DNA of 64,000 bases from Amoebidium appalachense (taxonomy: Eukaryota > Protista > Ichthyosporea), in NCBI GenBank assembly GCA_963693365.1, contig CAVNZM010000003.1:13548914-13612913 (forward strand), given 5' to 3'. The translations under genes were made by a program, and so were the position numbers. Shown in pieces: positions 39,540 through 51,930 of this stretch. Every line of letters begins with the position of its first letter. Position 1 is the first letter of the stretch. The notes beneath the pieces were generated by a model. It worked only from the letters and a program-made list of their open reading frames with translations. It was not told the origin of the DNA and searched no databases.

Positions 39540-41202
39540 AGGGTACACCACCCTTGCTAACCACCCCTTCCCCCGAGGCTCAGACCCGGAGGCCCGCCCG
39601 CTGCCCCAGCACCACATTGACACCTCCCGCCTCCGGGAACTGCTGGCCTCCTACCCGGACCAACCATTCGCCACACAACTCCTCCACGATGTCGAATTCG
39701 GCGTCGACATCGGCTATCGCGGCCCCTCCACCTCTCGGGTGGGCCCCAACCTACCCACCACCCCGGAGGCAGCTGCCGCTATCACGGTGGATATTGCCAA
39801 AGAAGTCGCCCTCGGCCACCTGCGCGGCCCCCTCTCCCCGGCCCAATTCTTTGACGAATTTCCGGTCCACCGCTCCTCCCCCATTGGCGCCGTTACCAAG
39901 AAAGGGAACCCCCCCAAGTACCGTCGAATCCACCACCTCTCCTGGCCCCGGGGTAGCAGTGTCAATGACAGCATCACCTACCCCGACGAACTTCAGTACA
40001 TTCGCGCCCGGGATGTCACCCAACTCATTCTCGACGCAGGCCCCGGCTGCTACATGGCCGTGGCAGATGTGCAGGCTGCCTTCCGGCACATGCCCATCCG
40101 ACCGGAAGACCACCACTTAATGGCATTCAAATGGCAAGGGCATTTTTACGTTGAAACCAGACTGCCCTTCGGCCTGAAATCTAGCCCAGCCATCTGGGAA
40201 CGGATCGCGGCCACCCTACAGTGGCTGGCACACCAGCACGGTATTACCCTCATCCGCCACTACGTAGACGACTGGATTATAGTCGCCCCCACACAAGAGC
40301 AGTGCCAACGTCACCTATCCACCTTCCTGCAACTCTGCCGAGAGCTGCACATTGCCATCTCCGAAGACAACATGCAGGGCCCGGCTACCCGTGTCGTCTT
40401 CATCGGTATCGAATTCGACTCCATCGCCATGGAGGCACGAATCCCGGCTTCCAAGCTCTCGGACCTACTCGACCTCACTTCCCACCCAAAGCCCACCATC
40501 ACCATTCGGGACCTCCAGTCCCTCCTCGGCAAACTCACCTGGTGTGCCCAGCTGGTTCCCCCCGGGAGGGCCTTCTCCCAGCGCCTATGGGCCCTTCTCC
40601 GGACCCACCCACACCTTGCCGGCCACCACCACATACGACTGACTGCTGCCGCCCGGGCCGACATAGCCGAATGGCACCAGTTCCTCACATCATGGAATGG
40701 GGTGCACCTCATCACACCCCCCACATACACCACCCTGGCCACTGACGCTGCCGGATCGGTGGGTCTAGGAGGCCACTGGCTCGACCAATGGTTCTTCATG
40801 CCCTGGTCCCCCTCCACCCAAGCCCTCTATGCTCATGAGGGTAAACTCGGTTCTTCCGTCATCGAACTCCTGGCCATCGCAGCCGCCGTGGCCCTCAGGG
40901 CCCCCTCCTGGTCCACCCACCATGTCCGTATTTTATGCGACAACACGGGTGCTGTGTCTGACCTGCACTCCCGGTCTTCCCCCCACCCCGTGATGGCCAA
41001 ACGTATTCGGTTCATCACCCGCATGGAAATGCAATACCAATTTACGTTACAGGCATCCTACCTACCAGGACCCCTCAACCATCTGGCCGATGCCATTTCT
41101 CGTAACCAACTTCCCCGGGCCCGACGACTCCGACCTTCCCTGCAACCGGAGCCCTGCCCCTTCCCCTCCTGGGTCCACGAGTTCCTATCCCTTCCCTTGG
41201 GC

Positions 41203-41205
<3 letters not shown>
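39540..41205 (+). CDS. Ngaro ORF2: reverse transcriptase and RNase H (5' end uncertain)
   Basis: KYRRIHHLSWP, DVQAAFRHMP, LPFGLKSSP, HYVDD, ATDAAG, IELLAI, CDN, NHLADAISR. Confidence 0.94.
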
Positions 41206-41238
<33 letters not shown>

Positions 41239-42301
41239 AGATCTCCCGTTCCGGAGCAACACTGGCAGATTGGCCCCCCACTTTGCTCCGGCCGAGCTGC
41301 TTCGAGCCACCACTACCCTGCAGGAATGCCAGGCCCTGAGTCTCAACCTCGACTCTCGGGCCTTTTACTCCCGGGTGCAAAAAGTGTTCATCGATTTCTG
41401 TGTGGCATCTCGGCTGCAATCCTCCTCCGGGTCCTCCCTCCCGGCCTCCCCACACACCGTGCAACTTTTTCTCGCCTGGTGTGCCCAACGAGGGGTACAG
41501 GCCTCTTCCTTAACCGGCTACAATTCGGCCATCACTAGGCTCCACCTCGACATGGGCCTCCCTGCTCCCTACCCCCACGACAAGTCTCTGGCCTGGTTCC
41601 TACGGGGGGTGGGCCGATGGCAGCTTTCTCACAACATCCGACCCCGCTCATCCACCAGGGAACCCCTCCTCCCCTCCCACCTCCGCCTACTCCATGGCCA
41701 GTGCCCCACCAAGGCCTCCTCGGCCAATCTCCGGCTATGGACGGCCCTCATCGTCGGTTTCTGTGGTCTCCTCCGTTCAGGGGAATTTACCTCCAAGACC
41801 CTGACTTCTTTCGACCCATCCCGTCACGTTAAACGGAAGGACGTGACCTTCAGCTACACCCCCACCGGTACTTTGTCCCATGCCACCCTCCACCTGCCAA
41901 CCTCTAAGACGGATGTACAGGCCCGAGGTGTCAACGTCACCCTAGCTGCCCTGCCCCTCACCCACTTCTCCCCAGCCCATCTCCTCCGGCAGTTCCTGGA
42001 TACAACGTCCGGTCAACCCGACGACCCCCTCTTCAGTCTCGGTGGCATCCCCTACACCAAGAGTGCTTTCTCTGCCGATTTCCGTGCCCTCCTCTCCCGG
42101 GCAGGCCTCTCACCCTCCCGGTTTGCCGGACACAGCCTCCGCATCGGGGGGGCCACAGCACTGGCTGAGGCCGGGGTCGACGACTCCCGGATCAAACAAC
42201 TCGGCAGGTGGTCCTCCGACTGCTTCCTGATCTATACCCGACTTCGTCCGGCCTCCATTGCTGCCACCACCACACGTGTATTCGCCTCTATTCTTAAGTG
42301 A
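41090..42301 (+). CDS. Ngaro ORF3: tyrosine recombinase overlapping the end of ORF2
   Basis: Complete R-K-HxxR-W-Y motif set in an open frame. Confidence 0.94.
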
Positions 42302-42987
42302 AACCTTTGGAGCAAGCATACTGCTCTTGTGCCGTGGTTTACAACCATTGCAGGTTCACTTTCGTCCAAGGGGATGTCCCCCTAGAGGCAACACACGTCC
42401 CGGAGTAGTTTTCATAGAGGTTTTATTTGTGGAAATTATTGACATAAATATTTTTCTGGGTAAACAGGTAGGATGGGTGTTCGGTACCAACATAACCATG
42501 TAGGCTTCATTTCGTGTTTTAGCAGTTAGCGGTTGGCTGCCCGCACACGGGCACCTATTAGCCAGTCAAAACATCAGATACCACAGATCACTAGACCGAG
42601 TTATGATTGGCTCGGATCAGATTTCACATATCACTAGATCGATTTTTGATTGGCTCAGATCGGTAGGCTTAGGTATATAAGCACGACAGTTTTTAGCAGA
42701 TCAGCAAGCTACAAACACATCTTCTGTGTTTAGCATCCACAGCCTTACAGCTATATATTCCTTTTTCACCCACCCACCTACACCCACACACAACCCCCAT
42801 TGATCCACACATACGTGCTGTTTTTTCACGGGGCGAAGACTTCCCCCGTTTTTTGGGCACATGGACCTCACGGATCAATAAATTGATGACTGGGGGCTTG
42901 CCGTGGTTTACAACCATTGCAGGTTCACTTTCGTCCAAGGGGATGTCCCCCTAGAGGCAACACACGTCCCGGAGTAGTTTTCATAGA

Positions 42988-44075
42988 AGCTTTTCGAAAG
43001 CAGAAACAGCATCAACATTCCAATCTATTCTATTCTTCTTCTCCCCCCCCGTCTGACTAGTTAACGGCAAAGCAAGCATACTATAATCCTTAATATAACG
43101 ACGAAGATAATTAGTTAAACCTAAAAATTGCCTTAGTTGAGTGACAGTCTGAGGACGGGGCCACTCAACTATGGCCCGGATTTTCTCCGGATCAGGGGAA
43201 AAACCATTACTAGACACAATATGACCTAAAAACTTAACCTCCGGCACACCAATCACTGTCTTGCTACCGCTAATACGAAGACCAGACTCACCCAAAGCTA
43301 AAAATACTTTTTCACAATTATTAACCAACTCCTGAAACGACCTACCTTTAATTAAAACATCATCCAAATAAGGGTGGCATACATCCAAATGAGGGTGGAG
43401 AATTTTATACATTACCCGGCACAACATAGCTGGAGAGGAGAGCAAACCCATCGGCACCACCTTGTACTGGAACAGCTGGTCACCCAGTGCAAAGGCAGTC
43501 TTCTCCTTGCTGCTCTCCTCCAACCTTATCTGCCAAAAAGCTGCTTTTAAATCAAGTTTAGCAAAGTGAGTATAGCCGTGCAGCTGTGAAAGCTGCTCGT
43601 CTATGTTAGGGAGAGGACATTGGTCTGCCTTAGTGATCCGATTCAGAGCCCTGTAATCGTTCACTAGACGCCAAGACCCGTCGGGCTTCTTAACCAATAG
43701 CACCGGACTTCTCCACGGACTCGAACTATGCTCCACATGACCCTTTTTTAACATATCACTCACTATTATTAGCGCATCCGACAATTTATACTGCTCCATT
43801 CTATAGCTAGGCATCACTACCGGCCTATTATCACCTGTGTCGATCTGCATTTCAAACCCTTTAACGAAGCCTACTTCGTTATCATCGGCCAGAAATGCAA
43901 ACCGAGTCCTATCAAATAACTTAGCTAATAGCTGTTTCTGCTCCCCCGTCCAATCCCCCTCCTTCATACCAAACGGCAATACTAACTCCGGGTTACCCCC
44001 ATCACAAGTGGATGCATCCTTATTCACCGGAGTGCCACTTAACATTTCACCTCCTGTATTACATCGGTGCTGCAC
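42988..44075 (-). CDS. pol: Gypsy reverse transcriptase segment
   Basis: SSPWRSPVLLVKKPDGSWRLVNDYRALN, LDLKAAFWQI, VPMGL, YLDD, FLGH, FLGLTNY. Confidence 0.93.
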
Positions 44076-45251
44076 GGGGTGAGTTTGAGGTACCTCCGGA
44101 TATAGGCGGTCACCATTAGCACCCCCCCTCCCCCCGGCACACCAATGCCCCCGGGCAATTCCTGATGAGTTAGCGCATGTATGTGGGGGGCCAGGTCTGT
44201 GGCCACCCTGCCCCCCACGGTGTTGGTTAACCCGTCAGATCCACGGGTTAGACCAACACCCTCCCCCCCTGCCTGCACATTCTCACACCCGAGGTGACCC
44301 TCCTTCCTCTTGGGGGTCGGGGGAGTGGGACCGGTGCTGTCCCGGTCCCCCCCCCCATCGTGTCGGGTGACATTATGGTGGCTAACGTTAAATAAAGTTG
44401 TTCCCCCTCCTCCTGAGTCACCCTTCGAGCCGGCATCCTCCTTTTGGGTAATAAGAGAGACCTCCTGGACCATACTACCAATCTCATTAGTGAAACTACC
44501 GACGGAAACACCTGGCCTAATCACTATAGGCTCGATGCCCGGATTCACTAATTCTATTTCTATTGTCTTATCCGGCCATACCCTACTAAGGGTCCATTGA
44601 GCCACCTCCTGAAATGGGGTTTTCGGAGTAAAAACCCCTAAATCCCCTATCCTAACATGATTGCCGGCCCGGACACGTACCGTTTGGCACTGATAAGGCT
44701 CGATTACTACTTCAGCTACCGTTCTAGCACCAGACTGATAACCGTCGAGCCCATCATGGGTTTTAATTTTAACGCCGGACTGCAATTCTAAAACATTTGT
44801 ACGTTCAAACAAAGCATTCACATGTCTACGGAAAAATGGGGCTCCCAACAAAACACTTTGAGCTAAATCCTTAACCACATAACAAGCTATATGCATAGCC
44901 TGGCCACCTATCTCACACGGCAACACACAAACACCTTCCACAGACATACTACTATTATTAGCACTACCTAAGGCTGTGCTAGAAGCATCTAAAATAGGAA
45001 TTTCCCCCCCCGGCCTGATTAAAACGACGAATAAACGAAGCATGCACACAATTAACCTGAGCCCCTCCATCGAGCAAAGCAACAGCCTTCAACTTACCAT
45101 CAGCTAACCATACGTCTATATAATGCCGGCTAAAACCAACTAAATCCTCCTCCAATTCAAGCAACACATCATCACTCACACCCAATCCCTGCCCACGAAG
45201 ACTCACACCCTCGATACCTACGTGCAACATACCTACCTGTGGTGCCTGCAC
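44039..45251 (-). CDS. Gypsy aspartic protease and downstream beta-rich region (homopolymer frameshift near 45005)
   Basis: ALLDGGAQVNCV and VLLGAPF motifs in two adjacent frames. Confidence 0.8.
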
Positions 45252-46006
45252 GGGTGGGGTGGGGTGTGTATGTGATGTGGGTGGTGGTGGAGTGTGTGTG
45301 TGTGGTGTGTGGGTGGGTGGTGTGTGTGTGTTTGGTGGATGTGTGGGTGTGTATGTGGGTGTAGGTGTATCTGCAACCGTCGTATGTTGTTGTGGTGGTG
45401 TGTTTCTACGTGTCTGTGCCTTCCCCCCCCCTTCCCCCTTTACTCGTGTGTGTCCCCCCCCCTCCCGGAAACAATGGCACAGAAACCCCCTCCGGTGTGG
45501 TTAGAACAACCACCGGGTTGGGACAAGAAACACTGAGACCATCCACTTGTGGCTGGGGAACCTCCCCCAACCACAAAACATTCACACCATTCATACCTTT
45601 GGTAGAGTCACCCCACAAACATTCATGCCATACCACCTCGACGCTGTCTTGAGGACCCACGACGATGCCCCTCGTCGAACTGCTGCTGATGTCCGCTACG
45701 TCCACCACGCCCGCGACCGCTGGTGTTTGAGTGTAAACTAAAAGCTGTGGTGTGTCTAACGTCTAGTGTATGAACCTGTGGTACCTGTGTGTGCAGGGAG
45801 CTATCCTCCGCTGCCAATGCGTAGAACATATCTACGTTGAACTTAGCCATTGTGTGGTGTGTGCCCGAACTCGTGTGGTTGTGTTTATGTTTTTTTTTTT
45901 TTTTTTTTTTTTTTTCGTTGTGTGTTTGAGGTGTAGCAACAGCCCAGAAGGAACTGTCACCGCGTTACCCTAGCGCGAAAAACCGCACTAAAGGAAAGGT
46001 GTAGCT

Positions 46007-46725
46007 TGTCGTAACCTATTGTGTATGTACTAGAGACGCGGCACTCTACTAAGTGTACACACACGAAAAGGAACGAACGTGTACGGAAAAACGGTAAAGT
46101 TTATTCAGACCAGGCTCCGACGGGCAAAACTTAGATCCGTACGGAATGAGGCTAAGTCACAACTGAGGCCATCAAGGCCGTGCCCTCAAAGATCATCATC
46201 ACCTGGCCCCCCTACGATGCCACATTCCAAACATTCCGATCTACTTTATCGTGCGCCTGCACGAGCTAAGTCGATCTACTCAAACCATATATTTATCCAT
46301 GTCTCACCCCTCACCCTCCCCCTAGTGGCACCGCAGAGTCTAAATCTACATTTCATACTATCCTCCCCCCCCCCCTCCCTCCCCCCTTTCCTATACATCT
46401 AAATATATAAATACGTTTGGCAACATACACTATCAAACCTTGCCAATACTTACAAAAGGGCTTCTGCCCGAACAATCACATTCCTAAGTCCTCCTACGAT
46501 CTATCCTACACTAGGCTAATTAGAATTCTATTGGTCGGCTGCCCCAGCTGACGTGGTCCTGCCCTGCGCCGGCAGAGGCAAGATGCACGCAGCTGTACAG
46601 CTATCTTGAGGCCCCGGACTTGATCTTGATGATCTGTGGACCCGGGCCACCCCCCCCCCCCCCCCCCCCCCTCGATCTCGATCGTAGACTTAGGCTGATC
46701 TGCTGAGACGGATTAGTATATGTCA
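46007..46725 (-). repeat. Gypsy 5' LTR
   Basis: Direct repeat of 34214-34928; flanked by the TSD. Confidence 0.93.
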
Positions 46726-46803
46726 GCCGGAGCAAAGTGGGGGGCCAATCTGCCGGCGTTGCTCCGGAAGGGGAGATCTGGGGGGGGGGGGGGGGGGGGG
46801 GTG

Positions 46804-48480
46804 TTAGCCCAGGGGATAGGATAGGAACTCGTGGACCCAGGAGGGGAAGGGGCAGGGCTCCGGTTGCAGGGAAGGTCGGAGTCGTCGGGCTCGGGGAAGT
46901 TGGTTACGAGAAATGGCATCGGCTAGATGGTTGAGGGGTCCCGGTAGGTAGGAGGCCTGTAACGTGAATTGGTATTGCATTTCCATGCGGGTGATGAACC
47001 GAATAAGTTTGGCCATCACGGGGTGGGGGGAAGACCGGGAGTGCAGGTCAGACACAGCACCCGTGTTGTCGCATAAAATACGGACATGGTGGGTGGACCA
47101 GGAGGGGGCCCAGAGGGCCACGGCGGCTGCAATGGCCAAGAGTTCGATGACGGAGGAACCGAGTTTACCCTCATGAGCATAGAGGGCTGGGGTGGGGGGA
47201 GACCAGGGCATGAAAAACCATTGGTCGAGCCAGTGGCCCCCTAGACCCACGGATCCGGCAGCATCGGTGGCCAGGGTGGTGTATGTGGGGGGGGTGATAA
47301 GGTGCACCCCATTCCATGATGTGAGGAACTGGTGCCATTCGGTTATGTCTGCCCGGGCGGCAGCAGACAGCCGTATGTGGTGGTGCCCGGCAAGGTGTGG
47401 GTGTTTTCGGAGAAGGGCCCATAGGCGCTGGGAGAAGGCCCGCCCGGGGGGGACCAGCTGGGCACACCAGGTGAGTTTTCCGAGGAGGGATTGCAGGTCC
47501 CGAATGGTGATGGTGGGTGTTGGGTGGGAAGTGAGGTCGAGTAGGTCCGAGAGTTTGGAAGCAGGGATCCGTGCCTCCATGGTGACGGAGTCGAATTCGA
47601 TACCGATGAAGACAATACGGGTAGCCGGGCCCTGCATCTTGTCTTCGGAGATGGCAATGTGCAGCTCTCGGCAGAGTTGCAGGAAGGTGGATAGGTGACG
47701 TTGGCACTGCTCTTGGGTGGGGGCGACTATAATCCAGTCGTCTACGTAGTGGCGGATGAGGGTAACACCGTGCTGTGATGGGTGTGCCAGCCACTGGAGG
47801 GTGGCCGCGATCCGTTCCCAGATGGCTGGGCTAGATTTCAGGCCGAAGGGCAGTCGGGTGTCAATGTAAAAATGCCCCTGCCATTTGAATGCCATTAAGT
47901 GATGGTCTTCTGGTCGGATGGGCATGTGCCGGAAGGCAGCCTGCACGTCTGCCACGGCCATGTAGCAGCTGGGGCCTGCGTCGAGAATGAGCCTCCTGGG
48001 TGACGTCCCGGGCTCGAATGTACTGAAGTTCGTCGGGGTAGGTGACGCTGTCATTGACGCTGCTGCCCCGGGGCCATGAGAGGTGGTGGATTCGACGGTA
48101 CTTGGGGGGGTTCCCTTTTTTAGTAACGGCGCCGATGGGGGAGGAACGGTGGACCGGAAATTCGGCGAAGAATTGGTCCGGGGAGAGGGGGCCGCGCAGG
48201 TGGCCGAGGGCGACTTCGTTGGCAATATCCGCCGTGATAGCGGCAGCAGCAGCCGGGGTGGTGGGTAGGTTGGGGCCCACCCGAGAGGTGGAGGGGCCGC
48301 GGTAGCCGATGTCGACACCGAATTCGACATCGTGGAGGAGCTGCGCGGCGAATGATTGGTCTGGGTAGGATGCCAGCAGCTCCCGGAGGCGGGAGGTGTC
48401 AATGTGGTGCTGGGGCAGCGGGCGGGCCTCCGGGTCTGAGCCTCGGGGGAAGGTGTGGTTAGCAAGGGTGGGGCACCCTC
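46804..48480 (-). pseudogene. RT/RNase H of Ngaro copy 3 (frameshift near 47995)
   Basis: Same motifs as copy 4, split between ORFs 47861-48280 and 46804-48648. Confidence 0.88.
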
Positions 48481-48496
48481 GGGGAGGTCCCGGCAG

Positions 48497-48531
<35 letters not shown>

Positions 48532-48914
48532 CAGGGCCCCGGGGGGGTTAGAGTAGGGCACTGGGCTGGGCCGGAGGGAGGGTTTGCAGGGAGGGCAGCG
48601 GGGCCCTGTGCAGGGGATGCCCGAGCACGCGCGGGTGTGGGCGGACACAGAGGTAGAAGAAGGGGGGGAGGGAGTGCTAGGTGAGTGCCAGGGGGGGGGA
48701 GGCTCGTGGGATGGGGGGGGGAGTAAAATTATGTGCAGTGGCCAGAATAACGTCTTTGTGTAGGGACATTTATTCTTGGCGCGCGCGGGCGCCGTAGTTG
48801 GCCTGCGAAAATTTGTACTCAGCCCTATTGGCCCGTTTTCCCGAGCTCCGTTTCCTTGTACCCGTGTGTCCTAGCTCCGAGCCCCTATGTTCTATCTGTG
48901 TGTGTGCGCGTAGA

Positions 48915-50084
48915 CTAGGCATTGTGCTTGCAGTCTTTGCGGGGGTGTGTGCCAGAGCAGAGCGGGCACACGTGGGAGAAGGGGCAGGGCTGCTTAGCGC
49001 AGGACCGACCGTTAATGTGGAAATTCCTGCAGTGCGTCGCGGGTAGATCCACGGGTCGGGCCGGTTTTGCCGGGCCGGGTTGCGGGCCAGGGCGGTTGGG
49101 GGTTTGGCCCCCGCCGGGCTTGTGGGGCGGCTTGAAGCCGTCAAGACCACAGCCGGGCTTGGGGTACATGGGGCAGGCCGCGCTGGGGTGGTCGGGGAAG
49201 CCACAGCGCTGACATGCGTCCGGGATGAGCAGAGTGGGTGGCAGGAGGAGATCCTGGTGGAGTTGGGCGAGCAGGTTGGGACACTCGATCGGAGCCCGAC
49301 CCTGCTGGTGGGCAACGGCACGGGCGTACACGTCATAGTTGTGGATCTGGGCCCACGGGTATCGGGTGCTGAGGCGAGTGATGTGCTGAGTCCAAAGTAC
49401 GTCCTTGTCCGTGGGGAGGTCGAGGTGGTGCTTGGCGGCCATGTAATGGGTCCAAGCTTGGATCCAAATGACGAGTGAACGCAGGGGAACGGGTTTGTCA
49501 TTGCGAAAAGCCTCGATGCTGCCGTCGTCGGCCATGCGCAGCTGCTGCCCTTTCTTGGATGGGGCCAGGAGGGCTGCGGGGGTGAACTTATACAGGTCGA
49601 CGAAACGATTGGCGCGCAAATCTGCCAGCACATCCGCGGGGGGAAGCGGCAGTGTGCCCGGCTGAATGTCGCCAGTGTTCTCACCTGTAATGGGGGGCGC
49701 GGGCAGGGCAGGTAGGTCCAGGTCAGGGCCGAGATGCAGTCCCGGGGAAACCTCCCCGGGTGCAGGGGGTGCGGCGGGGGGCGCGGGAGGGTCGCGGTTG
49801 GTGAGAGCGGCCAGGACGCCAGCCATCTGGGTGCTGATGGCGGTGAGGGCGGCAAGGACGGCGTCTTGAGAAGTCATCGGCGGGGACGGCGGGGCCTGAG
49901 AAGGGACTTCAGGAGTAGAGGGGAGAGTAGCCGGAGGGTCCGTGGTGGTATGGGCCTCCGGAGGCGCGTCAGGGCCCGCGGGAGCGTCACGGTTGGTCAG
50001 CCTGTGGCGGAGGTCGCTGCGGGTCAGGCGCTTAGGTGCCGCGGCAGGGGCGGTGGCTGAGGCCTGGCGCTTTTTCGGCGGCAT
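48915..50084 (-). CDS. Ngaro gag-like ORF1 of copy 3, intact 389 aa
   Basis: MPPKKRQ start; CCHC and CCCH-type zinc motifs. Confidence 0.9.
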   Translation of the reverse strand: MPPKKRQASATAPAAAPKRLTRSDLRHRLTNRDAPAGPDAPPEAHTTTDPPATLPSTPEVPSQAPPSPPMTSQDAVLAALTAISTQMAGVLAALTNRDPPAPPAAPPAPGEVSPGLHLGPDLDLPALPAPPITGENTGDIQPGTLPLPPADVLADLRANRFVDLYKFTPAALLAPSKKGQQLRMADDGSIEAFRNDKPVPLRSLVIWIQAWTHYMAAKHHLDLPTDKDVLWTQHITRLSTRYPWAQIHNYDVYARAVAHQQGRAPIECPNLLAQLHQDLLLPPTLLIPDACQRCGFPDHPSAACPMYPKPGCGLDGFKPPHKPGGGQTPNRPGPQPGPAKPARPVDLPATHCRNFHINGRSCAKQPCPFSHVCPLCSGTHPRKDCKHNA

Positions 50085-51930
50085 GCTGACCGGCGGAGAG
50101 AAAGATAGGGAGAGTGAAAAAGGAATATATAGCTGTAAGGCTGTGGGTGCTAAACACAGAAGATGTGTTTGTAGCTTGCTGATCTGCTAAAAACTGTCGT
50201 GCTTATATACCTAAGCCTACCGATCTGAGCCAATCAAAATCGATCTAGTGATATGTGAAATCTGATCCGAGCCAATCAAAACTCGGTTTAGTGATATGTG
50301 GAATCTGATGTTTTGATTGGCTAATAGGTGCCCGTGTGCGGGCAGCCAACCGCGAACTGCTAAAACACGAAATGAAGCCTACATGGTTATGTTGATACCG
50401 AACACCCATCCTACGTGTTTACCCAGAAAAAATATTTATGTCAATAAATTCCACAAATAAAACCATGTACAGCACAATTATTAGATATTACTATGGCCAC
50501 TCTGCGTAAAAGGAAGGAGGGGTGAAGGGGCCTACGACTGGAAAGGGGGTGGAGAGAATGGGGGATCGGGGGGAAAGGAGTGGGGGGGAAGGATTGGGGA
50601 GGGGGGGGGGGGGGGGGGGGCTTGTTTTCTATCGACTTGCATGTGATGCAAAATTGCGTTCTGGCTGAAAGATATATGAAAGCATGTGCAGTGGATTGTG
50701 TGTGTGAAATTTAGTTGAGGAGGAGGAGGAGGATCGGGGAAGGGAAGGGAAGGGTGGGGAGGGGGTGGGGGGGGGGAGGGGGGAGGGGGAGGGGAGGGAT
50801 CCGGAGTGGGGGGGAGGGGGGGGGGAGGAGGAGGGTTCGGGAGGGGGGAGAGTAGAGCCGGAGGAATGGGGGGGGGGGGGGGGGGGGGGGGATATGTACG
50901 CCCCTTGTCTTAGAGTAAAAACAGGAAGCCGGGACTTCCAGCCGGGAATTCTGTTTATTGCCTTGCCTGTTTATTTCGCGGTTACATCAGTCCGGATAGT
51001 AGAAGTAAAACCGCGCTCATGTCCTGACCGTTAATCTGTTGGATCTTTCCTTATATGTGGGTGTGCTCTACTCTAATCCAATCGGAGAGGCAAATAGATT
51101 TTAGGTTATGCAGCTTCAGCCAATAGTAGCTGGATGAATACTATTGAATAGATCTAGATAATCGACCTAAGCTTCCAATAGTGAACGTGCTTGGCAAGCT
51201 TGAAGCATGGGGATATTTTAGCTCACGTGTATTTGTGCTATCTGCCTAAAGAAACGTATAAAATCAAATAGTTACAGATGACATTCTGTAGCATTTAGAT
51301 TACTACATAATGCCTTTAGAAGAGTACCTTGTGACGCCGAATGTTGCTGATTATCAGCCCCTGCAAGATCTTTTGCCCGCTTCCACTCAACAACCAATCG
51401 AATCGAAAGATGATCTTTCATGTGACGTAGATATACATCGAGTCACCCCAGACACGGAAGCCCCCCAGATGAGAGTCTCGTTCATACATAGATTCGTTTA
51501 TTCGTAATGTGGTGTGGTGTAAAAACGCAACGATGATTATGGATTGGCGGTGTAATCGGTTTCGGTTTTATTTGTGGAAATTATTGACATAAATATTTTT
51601 CTGGGTAAACACGTAGGATGGGTGTCCGATATCAACAGACTTCGTTTCATGTTTTAGCAGTTCGCGTTCGGCTGCCCGCATACGGGCACCTATTAGCCGA
51701 TCAAAACATCAGATTCCACAGATCACTAGACCGAGTTTGATTGGCTCAGGATCAGATTTCACATAACACTAGATCGATTTTGATTGGCTCAGATCGGTAG
51801 CCTTAGGTATATAAGCACGACAGTTTTTAGCAGATCAGCAAGCAACAAACACATCTTCTGTGTTTAGCACCTACAGCTTTACAGCTATATTTTTCTTTTC
51901 TTCTCCCTATCTTTCCCTACGCCGGTCAGC

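Larger units (their letters stand above)
37536..42987 (+). mobile_element. Ngaro copy 4, full-length, inserted in Gypsy pol
   Basis: A1 37536-~37885, gag, RT/RH, YR, B1 42330-42418, A2 42419-~42768, B2 42899-42987; no TSD. Confidence 0.96.
34214..46725 (-). mobile_element. Ty3/Gypsy LTR retrotransposon with chromodomain integrase
   Basis: Near-identical LTRs 34214-34928 and 46007-46725 (TG..CA); TSD GCCGG at 34209-34213 and 46726-46730; PPT next to 34929; PR-RT-RH-IN order. Confidence 0.95.
32514..50464 (-). mobile_element. Ngaro copy 3, full-length type, split by the Gypsy insertion
   Basis: B2 32514-32602, A2 ~32734-33082, B1 33083-33170, YR, [Gypsy], RT/RH, gag, A1 ~50114-50464. Confidence 0.93.

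Noticed and set aside
37536-42987. Classifying the YR elements as DIRS1-like or as Cryptons
   Set aside because: They have split direct repeats rather than ITR/ICR and no Dam-like domain after RNase H; RT-less copies clearly derive from RT-bearing ones.
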